DNA of 64,000 nt from Squalus acanthias (Eukaryota), in contig CM059425.1 in the NCBI GenBank assembly GCA_030390025.1, forward strand, positions 166,968,001-167,032,000, in the 5' to 3' direction. A program made the translations under genes and the position numbers. Positions 1 through 11,085 of this stretch are shown piece by piece. Below the pieces are notes generated by a model that did no database searches, was not told the origin of the DNA, and saw only the letters and a list, made by a program, of their open reading frames with translations. The first letter of the stretch is position 1, and each line of letters opens with the position of its first letter.

Positions 1-1860
1 TGCAAAACTACACAACATCAACTAATCACCCTTGTGTATTCACTTAATGTCTATCTCTCGTATTCCTTTGCCTACTTTAGTGCTCCTACGTAGTGTTACC
101 GCAGTGACTGCAGCATGGCTGGTAGAAAGCTGCTGACTTTCCATGGGGGAAACTGCAGATGGCCTTGCAGGACGACCTTGAGCAGCTCTGGGCCTACAGG
201 CCCGGCTGTAGACTGCACCACCTCGGCATGGGCAACAGCAGTCTGGGCTGGCTGGATGAGAGACTGCAGCAAGGGCACTGACGGAGTGGATGTGGTGGGA
301 ATAGGAATGCTGTCATCCTGAGAGAGGACAGCAGGTTCTTGCTCCACGGAGCCACTGCCACTCCCCCAAGGAGGCACCTCAGCATTCCTAGCCATCTGTT
401 GGGAACAGATTGCTGGAGTGCTGTGAGGCCCTGCAAGCCCCTTTCAACACTTGTAAACCCAGCTATGATGGCAGCAGTCTGAGTTTGCGTGGCAGCAAAC
501 TGAGCCTGCATGAGAGCAGTCTGAGCTTCCAGTGCAGCTTCCGCTTGTGCTGCAATGGAAGCTGTGACATCGCCCATCACACCCAGCATCATGGTTGGGT
601 CACAAGGTCTCTCATGGAGTTGCCCATCATTTTCATATTGGAAATCGTAGACTCCAAGCTCCACACAAAGCCCCGTGCAATGTTGGAGCCGGACTCCTCC
701 AGAACATTCTTATGCTCCTTGACACTGACAAGAGGCTCTCCGGCAAGCCTGCCACTGCACCAACCATTTCTGTGTGCATGCCCAACCCCCTTCTTCTGAA
801 GGCCACCCCATCAAAGTCATCATCTGAGATCTGTGGAGCAAAATTTGTGTCCGAACATGCCCACCGGGTAGCTGGCACCCAAGCTACCCTTTCCCCCGGC
901 CTTGCTGCAGCCCACTCATGCCCGGTGACTCACCATGTGTAGATCCCGCCTCTGTACACGCAGTGCCATTTTCTGAGCTGGTGTCTGGGAGTGTCAGATC
1001 GAGGGGGGGAAAGCAGGTTTTGTATGCTTACACCATCAGCAGCTTGTAAGTTTGAAGACATTGTGGGTTGAGGGGGAAGTAGGATGTGAGAAGAAGGATT
1101 AGGTATGAGCATACCATCATCAGCAATGCTTTCAACCTCACTGCTCGCCACGGCCTCAGTGATGGCCCCTTCAATGATCTCCAGCACTGTCTTCTCCAGC
1201 TCAGTGAGGTTCTGAAGATGGGCTTCCCCTCAGCCTGTCTGCTGCTGCTCACATCTGTTGTGTGCCACCTTGTCCTGCAAGAGAAAGGGAAGTGTGCCAG
1301 TGAGTGTGGTGCAGTGTCTTTGGGTGATGTGCCTGTCATGGTTGAATAACTGGCAGTGTGCGCAAGGTGTGAGATGTGGGTGTGAGGCTTGCAGCAGTGG
1401 TAAGTGTGTGAGGGTGAGGTGAAGCTATGATTGTGAGGTATGTGAGGTATGAGTCGTGATTGCTAGAGATTGTTGGTAGGTGAGTGATGGGGGTGTGGTG
1501 CATGGAGCAGTGTGTGAGGCTAGTGGTGCAGTTAGTGGAATATGGCATTTGAAGATGCAGTCACTCACCTTGACCACTTGTGTGAGGTCATTAGGCTTCT
1601 TGCGGCGCTGGATCCTGGTCCTGGAGGCAACACTCATGGCACTGATGGCTGCTGCTATCTCCTCCCACTGGCTTTTGGCGTGCTGCCTGGAAGGCCACCT
1701 GCACACCTCCAGGTAGAGAACCTGTCGTCTTCTGTGCACCTCCAGGACTAAGGCCTCCAGTGCTGAATCTGAGAACCTCCTTGCCCCCTCTCTTCCCTGT
1801 TGAGCCATGACTTCATAGTGACAATGAGGTGCTTGTGCCACAAAGCACTTCCCCTTTAAT
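1..1860 (-). mobile_element. Harbinger copy, Myb/SANT gene portion (exon 1 1808-1569, exon 2 1274-1115, exon 3 remnant below about 1000); degenerate, runs off the window start
   Basis: MAQQGREGARRFSDSALEALV...WEEIA...IQRRKKPNDL is a Myb/SANT-like domain; AAG|GTGAGT donor and TTGCAG| acceptor; colinear with 45087-46930. Confidence 0.85.
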
Positions 1861-3310
1861 TAGGACCTCAAAAATTATTTAAATGAGGCTCCCCCACCCC
1901 CCCCAAATGCAATTTGAACATGCCTGAGCAGTGCTCCAGTTGTCAAGTGTCCATCCCAGTGGATGCCGAAGAGCATGCCAAGTTTAAAAAACAATTGCCA
2001 TAGTGGCCCTTACCTTTTACTAGGATTATCCAGCTTGCCTGCTGTTCTGCAGTTCTTCCTCAAAAGGCAAAGTGCTCTGTTAGCTTTGGCAATCTCCCCA
2101 TCTCCATCAGAAAACAAATGCTGGCACTCCACAGCCAGATAGCAGTCCTTCATTGCCTGTTAGCGCCAAAAAGAATTTGGCCCCTGACTTCACTGCCGCC
2201 TCCAGTGCAACATGCGTTAAGTGCTGAGCACGCCAGGAGGGTATTGCTCATTTGTGCGTTGGTGCATGATCGCCTGGACAGCAGCACGGCTCCCTCATGT
2301 TCCATGGAATACTTGAACATATTTATCCCTATAAGGTTTTATCCACTTCATAATCAATGGGGAACATTTCTTCTGTCCACCATGTGTAACAAAATCATAA
2401 AGAACAAGCTTTCGATTTTGTTGTAGTGCAGAGTGCAATTCTTCCCCTGAGATATTTATCAACTCTGTAAGAATTAATGGACACAGCATCCACTGCTTTT
2501 GCAGGAAATCTGCTCCACATATCCATCACACTGTGGAAAGTAAAATCTTTTAAATCTCTAGTCTCACCTGAGGTTTTCGATTTCTCCATTACTGCAGCTA
2601 ATGGGGGAGGGGTCATTTTTCCTCCACCAGCACAAAAATTATAATGAATTAAATTGGCTACCAGTCTTGCTCCCCAGTACATCTGTGCTCTGTCAATGCC
2701 AAATCTAGAATTGGCTCTCAAATCATTCCCACTCCCCCACACACAGACTTTTTATATGTGGTAGCACAATTGTAATTGAATCTTTTAACTCAGTGCACAC
2801 GATCCAACATAAATAACTGCTAACATCAATATTTTGTAGTTTCCCTGCCATTTAAATGACCTGGCTGATATTTCCATATTTTTCTTTGTTCAAGTGTTTT
2901 ATTAAAAAAGCAAATGTGAATATAAAGACGTGTGGACCTGATTCTCACAATGGCTGACTGAATATGTTGACTACACACTCTACGCCGTACCATCCTGTGT
3001 ACAGGCTTGGCCAGTGAGCCTGTAACTTGCTACGCTCTGGCCTACCTAATGCTCCCAGTGCCTAGCACTGTCGGCACACCCCGCTTTTCTGCTGGCCTTG
3101 TGCACATTTTAGATTCTAAGGAATCTTCACCATATCCTTTCCATGTCCTCCTTATACTGGCAAACAAGACTCTAACTGTGGCCTAACCAACATACAAAGT
3201 CAACATCACGTCCTTGTTCTTATAGTCAATGCCTCAATGTATAAAACCCAGAATCCCACTTGTCTTTTCATTGGCCTTTTCTATTTGCACTTCGACCTTT
3301 AAAGATTTAT

Positions 3311-3411
3311 GGGCTAAAAATTGAGTAGCGCCCCACTTGGGGCGCTAACTTCGCCGGGGCGCTACTTTTAGGGCGCTAACGGGAGGCGCAAAGCAACCCA
3401 ATTTTCCCCCC
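3311..3411. mobile_element. 101-bp Harbinger-type MITE
   Basis: Ends GGGCTAAAAATTG and CAATTTTCCCCCC, TAT on both sides (3308-3310, 3412-3414), internal GGGCGCTA repeats; interrupts a decayed CR1 fragment. Confidence 0.75.
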
Positions 3412-3430
3412 TATGTATCTGCACCCTTAA

Positions 3431-3540
3431 ACATTACAACAGTGACTACACTCCAAAAGTACTCCATTGGCTGTGAAGCGCTTTGATACGTCAAGTGGTT
3501 GTGAAAGGTGCTATATAAATGCAAGTCTTTCTTTCTTTTA
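3431..3540 (+). mobile_element. 3' fragment of SacSINE1/DeuSINE-like SINE
   Basis: ACATTACAACAGTGACTACACT...TATATAAATGCAAGTCTTTCTTTC matches about 18998-19097. Confidence 0.75.
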
Positions 3541-3654
3541 GATCTCTCTGTTCTTCCACTGTTAAAAACCTTAGGATAGAAATTCCAACAACATCGAGGC
3601 ACGAGGCAGAACCTCATGACATTGCCCTACCTCCTGGGGACGGGGTCATTTACA

Positions 3655-4038
3655 TAGTAGATTACATAGGATTACATAGGATATACGGCACGGAAACAGG
3701 CCATTCGGTCCAACCAGTCCATGCCGGGGTTTATGCTCCACTCGAGCCTCCTCCCGTCTTTCCTCATCTAACTCTATCAGCATAACCCTCTTATTCCCTT
3801 CTCCTAATATGGTTATCTAGCCTCCCCTTAAATGCATCTGTACTATTTGCCTCAACTACTCCCTGTGGTAGCGAGTTCAACATTCTCACCACTCTCTGGG
3901 TAAAGAAGTTTCTTCTGAATTCCCTATTTGATTTCTTGTTCACTATCTGATATTGATGGCCTCTAGTTATGCTCTTCCCCACAAGTGGAAACACTCTCTC
4001 TGTATCTACTCTTTCAAAACCTTTCATAATTTTAAAGA
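3655..4038 (-). mobile_element. CR1 LINE 3' end
   Basis: ORF 3791-4027 with TRGH...FRRNFFTQRVV motif; short-repeat tail near 3655-3685. Confidence 0.85.
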
Positions 4039-4142
4039 TGCAGGCACTTGCTCCAGCAGAGCTGCTACAGGGGCACCCAGCCCATGGACATGCCAGGATA
4101 TCAGAGCAGCACTAGGCCTCTCTGGCTGAATATGCAAAGCGT

Positions 4143-4448
4143 CAAACAGGGTTAATTAGTAATCTCATAGTAAAGGATCCTCTGGGGAAGAGTGATCGTA
4201 ATATGATAGAATTTCAGATTGAGTTTGAGAGTGAAATACTAAGATCTAAAACTAGAGTCTTAAACTTAAATAAAGCCAATTACATATGCATGAGGGGCGG
4301 GTTGGCTAAGGTAGAATGGGAAATTAGATTAAAAGGTATAATGGTAGATAAGCACTGGCAGACATTTAAAGAAATATTCCAAAATTCTCAACGAATATAC
4401 ATTCCATTGAGAAATAAAAACTCCACGAGAAAAAGTGATCTATCCATG
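4143..4448 (+). mobile_element. CR1 ORF2 fragment, left half; resumes at 19098
   Basis: PLGKSD..MIEF..LNLNKANY matches about 37978-38280; the next CR1 sequence appears at 19098-19275. Confidence 0.85.
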
Positions 4449-4624
4449 ACAGTGGCAGCACTCTCTAGGTGGGAGGGGTTTGGAGTGAGCAGGTGCTGCT
4501 GGGTGCTTTATTACTGCAGGGAGTTGGAGTGAGTTTGTAAAAAGTTGGTGGTGGGTTTTAGGGTTTTTTCAGGTTTTAGGGCCTTTGTGGTCCTGAAGGG
4601 CCCGGAGAGGACAATATTCCCAGG

Positions 4625-5400
4625 ATGAATTTAATCAGGGGAGAAAATGTTGGGGGAAGGGAGAAAAAAAGGCCCAAAGGTTTGGCCGGGACCCCAGGAG
4701 GTTTGGAAAAGAAAACACGATGGTGGTTCAGTGCGAGAATAAGGAGATACGAGCTTGGGATCTTATCTAGGCGGTACATGAGGACTGCGGTGAGGGAAGC
4801 TGCTTTGCCTGCCGACCAAAGCCTAATGTTGGGTTCGAGGTGACGGTCAGTGGCCGAGAGGAGGTTGAAAGGCGTTGACTAAGTTTGAAGGTTGGAGATA
4901 AGTTCTTGGAGGTATCTCTGCTATAGTCTGAAGAGGTGGTGGTCTCGTTCTTAAACCTGCCGGTTTATATTGCGGATGATGTGCTAATCAAAAAGTTAGA
5001 GTCATGGGACATTAAAATTTGCTCGGCAATAAAGAGGAGATACTATCCAGGAACACGGGTAACAGATGGAACCATTATGTAAAGGTACGGTTCTCAGAGT
5101 GGGTGAAGTCATTGCCATATATCATGAAACTCGAGACAATGGAAGGAGTGCAGTACTTCCGGGTATTGCATGATAACCAGGTGAAGGTTTGTTATTATTG
5201 TCTTGGACATGACCATCTTGTAAGAAGCTGTCCAGACTTATACTGTTATAATTGTGGCAAGTCTGGACACATTGCTCGGAGCTGCAAAGCTGAGAGCTGT
5301 GGGGTGTTTGTCACAAAGGTCCCACCCGCTGTGAGTGTGAGTGTGAGGCAGAAGGAAGCCCTTGAGTGATGAGGAAATGGGAGAAGGAGCAGGAGGTGTG
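4625..5400 (+). pseudogene. Tx1 ORF1 (gag-like) with tandem zinc knuckles, disrupted
   Basis: CYYCLGHDHLVRSC and CYNCGKSGHIARSC (CX2CX4HX4C) at 5190-5285; upstream frame broken by stops and frameshifts. Confidence 0.85.
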
Positions 5401-6284
5401 AGTGGAGCGGCCAGAGGAGCGAAGCAGGCGGAGGACACAGCTGGTGAATGGAAGAAGAAAAGAGTGCAGGAAGAGGCAGAAAATTGCAGAGCAGAGAACA
5501 GGATGGAGATGGTGGAAAACATACCAAGTACAGTGGAAAAGGACAAAGACAGCAGAGGCCAGCACGGGTCGAGGGCAGAGTCAAGCCATAATACGGCTCA
5601 GCACTCCCTAAAGAATCTGGTGTCCGCGGGGGGAGAGGAGGTGGGAGTGGGGTGCGGGATAAGTGTAAGCACTCCAAAGAAAGACGGGGAGTCGGACATC
5701 TTGGGGAGCAGGAGGGGGAAAGACAAGGAGAGGGTGCAAGAGGCAGGAGCCTTAACAGGGCAGCAGGATGAGAGTGGGGAGTCAAAGATGCCAGAAGGGA
5801 GCAAGATAGGTGCAAATGTGCCATTATCCCAGAGAGAGAAGAAATGGGGAGCTAGGGTCAGCAGTGGAGTTGAGGCCGAAGGGAATGGCATTGTTGGAGA
5901 AACCGTGATAGCAGGAAGACTCTCTAAGGGAGATTTATGTATCTGACAGGGAGCAGGGACGGGAGGTTACAGAAGAGCTCGAGAGTGAGGAATCAGAGGG
6001 GGACAGAGACATGGAAGGGGGGGGGTGGTGTGGGGTGGCATCGTGTGGAAAGGGAAAGGTTAGTGAGGGGCAGAAGGAGGGAGAAGGGGCAACTCCTCAG
6101 CCCAAACCTAATTTAAGGAAGAGGCTGAAACTGCAGGGAAGGTTCAAACAGGAGGGGAAAAAGAGCCAGAGGCTGCAGGAGAAAGAAACAGTTCCCGAAA
6201 AGTTGGGAAGGAGCATGAGAGGAGGGAAGGGCCAGAGATTAAATGATGGGGGGATTATCAGGCACACTTCCCTTATTCAGAGCC

Positions 6285-6822
6285 ATGATTACATTGGTCT
6301 CGATTAATGTGAACGGACTGAGGGGTGAGAAGAAATTGCAGCAGTTGTTGCAGTGTTTTAAAGGCACTGACTTGTTGTGTCTGCAAGAAACCTTTTGGGA
6401 AGAAGATACCCTAGAAAGAGTTCAGAAGGTTTGGAAGGGAGAGGTGTTTGCAAGTTGTGCAAACAATAACCGTAAAGGGGTGGCTGTTTTGGTGAGTCCA
6501 TCCATAAAAGAGAACATTGCCTTGGTGGAGATTTTTACAGCTAAAACTAAAAATGGAGGAATTTAATTGCGATCTCTTTAATATCTATGCACCAAACGAC
6601 TATTGCAAGCATCGCAAGTTTTTTCGGTGGTTATTCACTGAAGTGGCAGAGGCGGAAAACCCTTGTATAGTGGGGGATTTCAATGTATTTTTTATCTCGG
6701 ATGGACATTTCAGCCCAGATGACCTTTAAGGATAACTCCAGAGGGATGATTATAAAAATGATGGCAAATTTAAATTTGAGAGACTTATGGAGGGATCGGA
6801 ACCCCATAAAAAGGGAGTGGAC
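6285..6822 (+). pseudogene. Tx1 ORF2 N-terminal APE endonuclease, frameshifted and interrupted
   Basis: MITLVSINVNGLR, LCLQET, NIYAPN, GDFN, DLWR motifs. Confidence 0.9.
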
Positions 6823-8940
6823 CCTTTCTCCCGCTTTCAGAATTCTCGTTCTACCTGGACCCCTCCCTCTGGCCTCTTACCCTCTCTAGATCTTTTCATT
6901 GCTAACTGCCGGCGTGACATCGGCCGTCTCAATTTCTCTGCTCCCCTCACTCACACCTACCTACCTCCCTCTGGACTTGCAGCACTCTGTTCTCTCCGAT
7001 ACAACCCTAACATTGTCATTAAACCTGCTGACAAGGGTGGTGCTGTTGTTGTTTGGCAAACTGACCTCTACTGTGTGGCCACTGAAGGCCAACTCAATGA
7101 CACCTCCTCCTACCTCTCCCTGGACCATGACCCCACTACCAAACATCAAGCCATTGTTTCCAAGACTGTCACTGACCTCATCTCCTCTGGAGATCTTCCC
7201 TCCATGGCTATCAACCTCATAGCCCCGCAACCCTGCACAGCCCGCTTCTACCTCCTTCCCAAGATCCACGAATAGGGCTGCCGTGGTAGACCCATCGTTT
7301 CAGCCAGTTCTTGCCCCACGGAACTGATTTCTTCCTGTCTTGACTATTTTTTCTCCCCTTGTCCAGTCTCTTCCCAACTACATTTGCAACTCTTCCGACG
7401 CCCTCTGCCACTTTATCAGTTTCCTGGCCCCAACCATCTCCTTTTCACCATGGACACCCAATCCCTCTACAACTCCATCCCCCACCAGGATGGCCTGAGG
7501 GCACTCCGCTTCTTCCTTGAACAGATGCCTAACCAGTCCCCATCCACCACCACCCTCCTCCACCTGGCTGAACTTGTTCTCACATTGAACAACTTCTCCT
7601 TTGACTCCACTCACTTCCTCCAAATTAAAGGTGTTGCTATGGGAATCTGCATGGGTCCTAGCTATGCCTACCTTTTTGTGGGATATGTGGAACATTCTTT
7701 GTTCCAGTCCTACTCATGTCCCCTCCCTCACCTCTATTTCTGGTACATTGATGACTGTATTGGTGATGTTTCCTGCTCTCGACCTGAACTGGAAAATTTC
7801 ATTCACTTTGCTTCCAATTTCCACCCTTCCCTTACCTTCACATGGTCCATCTCCGACGCTTCCCTTCCCTTCCTCGACTTCTCTGTGTCCATCTCTGGAG
7901 AAAGGCTATTGACAAACATTCACTATAAGCCCACTGACTCCCACAGCTACCTGGACTACACTTCCTCCCACCCTGCTTCCTGTAAGGACTCTATTCCATT
8001 CTCCCAGTTTCTTCGTCTCCACCACATCTGTTCTGACGATGCCACCTTCCATACTAGTGCTTCCAATATGTCTTCCTTTTTCCTCAACCAAAGATTTCCC
8101 TCTACTGTGGTTGACACAGCCCTCGACCGTGTCCATTCTATTTCCCGCACTTCTGCTCTCACCCCTTCCCCTCCCTCCCAGAACCACGATAGGGTTCCCC
8201 TTGTCCTCACCTTTCACCCCACCAGCCTCCACATTCAACGGATCATCCTCCGCCATTTCTGCCCACCAAACACATCTTTCCCTCCCCCCCTTTCTGCATT
8301 CCAAAGGGACTGCTCCCTCCGCGACACCCTGGTCCACTCCTCTATCACCCCAACACCCCTTCCCCTTCCCATGGCACCTTCCCTTGCAAACGCAGGAGAT
8401 GCAACACCTGCCCTTTTACCTCCTCCCTTCCCACTGTCCAGGGCCACAAACGCTACTTCCAGCTGAAACAGCGATTTACTTGTACTTCTTGCAATTTAAT
8501 ATACTGTATTCGCTTCTCACGATACGGTCTCCTCTACATTGGGGAGACCAAACGCAGATTGGGTGACAGCTTTGCGGAACACCTCCATTCAGTCCGTAAG
8601 CGTGACCCCGAGCTTCCGGTCGCTTGTCACTTTAATTCTCCACTCCCACTCTGATCTCTCCGTCCTCAGCCTCTTACACTGTTCCAACGAAGCTCGACGT
8701 AAGCTCGAGGAACAGCACCTCATCTTTCGATTAGGCACTTTACAGCCTTCTGGACTCAACATCGAGTTCAACAATTTCAGACTATAACCTCGTCCCCTGT
8801 GTTTTCTTTTCTCTCTCACATGGCAGCTGTTGATGATTCTGCCATTGCCATTTACACCTCATCTAGAGCCATCTTTTGTTTCTTAACTTGTCTCATTACC
8901 ATCTCCTTTTGCCTTGCACTATCATCCCTTTTGTCTTTTC

Positions 8941-9554
8941 GGGGGAAAATTGGGTTGATTTGTGCCTCTCGTACAGGGCGCCCAGACACGGCACCGCTGA
9001 TGCCTCCTGTGAAATTCAGCAGGAGGTTAGCAGAGGCAGTAGCAGGTAGTGCCCCGCGGCGCTGCACTGCCGGTGTTGACATCATCGGCGTGCGCAGCGC
9101 CCCGCTCGCGCCCCAGCCACAAACTTGGGTTGTGCCCCATGACCTATCGCCAGACGATATGTCTGACAGGGTCAGGGTGGCGTTTTTGCAGCCGCAGCGG
9201 CGCTACTTAAAGGGCAGGTGTCGGCCCGCCATTTTTATTTTGGCCGACTGCCAGCACCTGTCCCCTTCCCCTTTATTCTTCGGGGTGCCGGCCGCGATCG
9301 CTCAGCCCGGCACTCTTCCTGAGTGGTCTAGCGGGGCCCCGGTGCGCGCAGTGCTTGGCCCCTCCCCTTTAATCAGGGGAGGGATGCCTGCAATGACGTG
9401 GTGATACGTGCCGACGCACGTGGCACTGTTGCACGTAGTACCACGATATTCAGCTGTAGCGCCCCAAGAAGCGGCACTACAACTGAATTTCAGGCGGAGG
9501 GCGGCTAATTTCGATGTTAGCGCCCCAAAAGGAGCGACACCAAATTTTTCCCCC
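8941..9554. mobile_element. GC-rich Harbinger-type MITE inside the Penelope B 3' UTR
   Basis: TIRs GGGGGAAAATTGG and CCAAATTTTTCCCCC; flanks TTC and TTA; the uninterrupted host sequence is visible at about 28750-28775 (minus). Confidence 0.8.
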
Positions 9555-9658
9555 TTAATCTCTCCTGCCTTCCATCCTATCACAGACCTTTCCTTTGTTC
9601 TTTCCTCCTCTCCTCACTTTCCCTGCCCCACACTTGCTTAAATATCTGTTATTTTTCC

Positions 9659-9695
9659 AGTTCTGACGCAGGGTCATCGACCTGAAACGTTAACT
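9659..9695 (+). ncRNA. Minimal hammerhead ribozyme motif, Penelope family B (core variant)
   Basis: AGTT-CTGACGC-A-GGGTC atc GACCT-GAAA-CG-TT-AACT; stem I AGTT/AACT, palindromic ACGT helix III, A9 replaced by C. Confidence 0.7.
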
Positions 9696-11006
9696 CTGTT
9701 TCTCTCTCCACGATGCTGCCTGACCTGCTGAGTATTCCCAGCTTTTTCTGTTGTTGTCTCCAGAACAGGTTGGGTGGGTGATGTTTTAAAACAGAGCCAA
9801 ATAGATTTTGTGTTAATTCCGGGAAGAGTTAAGTTGAGGTGATGGAGATTTATTACAAAAAAGTATTTTTTAGTGACCACCCAGCTTTGGTTCTTAGAAT
9901 TAGGAACAGCAGAGTTAAGATCGGTCCAGGGGTGTAGATTTTAAACAATCAATACCTGAAATAAATTGCTTATAAAGAAGAGATTTTAAATATAATAAAG
10001 AATATTCGGAAGGAGACTTCATTCTTGAAAGAAAGAAGAGTTTGGTGGGATAATTTCAAATATGAGGTAAAAGTTTTTTCGGTACGTTACGGGAAAGAGA
10101 GAGCGGCAGCTAACTGGCGTCGAGAAGAGAATATAAACAGAAGGTTTACGGATACCTGTAAAGCAGTTGACGGAGGGGATAAGGGAGCAAAGACTAATGG
10201 GTGGTTTTAAAGGAAGAGTGGGAATTATTGCAAGCTGAAAAATGCAAGGGGGCCATTCTCCGTGCAAAGGCTAAAGATGCATTGGAGGGCAAAAGATGCA
10301 CTAGATATTTTCTAGAGCAAGAGAAGCTGCGACAGAGATTATCATTAATTGGAGAGTTGAAGGTGGGGGAGAAGATCATTAATGAAAGTGGGGAGATTTT
10401 GGAGGCGGCTAGTAGCTTTTATCAGAGTTATATACAAAAGAAGACATTTCCAAATTGGCGACGGAGAAGGTTAGTGCTTTTATTGAAGATGGTTTAAAGA
10501 AGAATGAGAGAAGCATGTGTGACAAAGAAGTAGGATTAGCGGAAATAAAAGTAACAATAAGCAGAGTGAAGGGAGGGGAAAGCTCAGGGTCTGATGGACT
10601 AAGTGAAGAATTGTTAGAGATTTTAAGTCCATTGCTCTTAGAGGTTTTTAAGGAGATTAAAATTGAGGGAAGCCTGGCCCCATCTATGAGGAGAGGTATC
10701 ATAAGTTTAGCTTATAAAAATAAAGGGGATAGAAGGGATCTAAAGAATTGGAAGCCCATCACATTATTAAATGTGGATTATAAGATCTTGGCGAGGGTTA
10801 TGGCAAATCGTATGTAGGAGGTGATGCCACAGATAGTTTTGCCCTCTCGGTCCTATGGAGTCATAGGCCGGGACATCGCAGACTCTGTGGTCTCAATCGA
10901 GATGCGATAGAGCTCATGGAAGAGAGTGGGAGGGAGGCTTACATATTAAAGATAAAAGTGAGAAGTCGCACAACACCAGGTTATAGTCCAACAGTTTTAT
11001 TTGAAA

Positions 11007-11044
11007 TCACAAGCTTTCGGAGCGGCTGCTCCTTCGTCAGATGT
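11007..11044 (-). ncRNA. Minimal hammerhead motif, family A, stem I truncated
   Basis: Minus strand CTGACGA-A-GGAGC agcc GCTCC-GAAA-GCTT-GTGA; the 5' strand of stem I is lost at the hairpin junction. Confidence 0.7.
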
Positions 11045-11047
11045 ACT

Positions 11048-11085
11048 TCACCTGATGAAGGAGCAGCCGCTCCGAAAGCTTGTGA
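11048..11085 (+). ncRNA. Minimal hammerhead ribozyme motif, family A
   Basis: TCAC-CTGATGA-A-GGAGC agcc GCTCC-GAAA-GC-TT-GTGA. Confidence 0.85.

Larger units (their letters stand above)
6823..9759 (+). mobile_element. Penelope-like element family B (5'-truncated RT, GIY-YIG, 3' UTR and pLTR) inserted in Tx1 ORF2
   Basis: IKPADKGGAVVV, ARFYLLPKIH, GVAMG..MGPSYA, YIDD, HYKPTD and LYIGETKRRL motifs; Tx1 sequence resumes at about 9760. Confidence 0.9.

Noticed and set aside
2560..2745. Minus-strand CAG|GTGAGA donor within ORF 2395-2742
   Set aside because: No recognisable protein and no convincing exon partner
5362..6307. Long Gly/Glu/Lys-rich ORFs as a host gene
   Set aside because: Purine-rich low-complexity second half of Tx1 ORF1
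8799..9641. GC-rich ORFs of 201, 93 and 77 aa
   Set aside because: Chance open frames across a GC-rich MITE with no protein motifs
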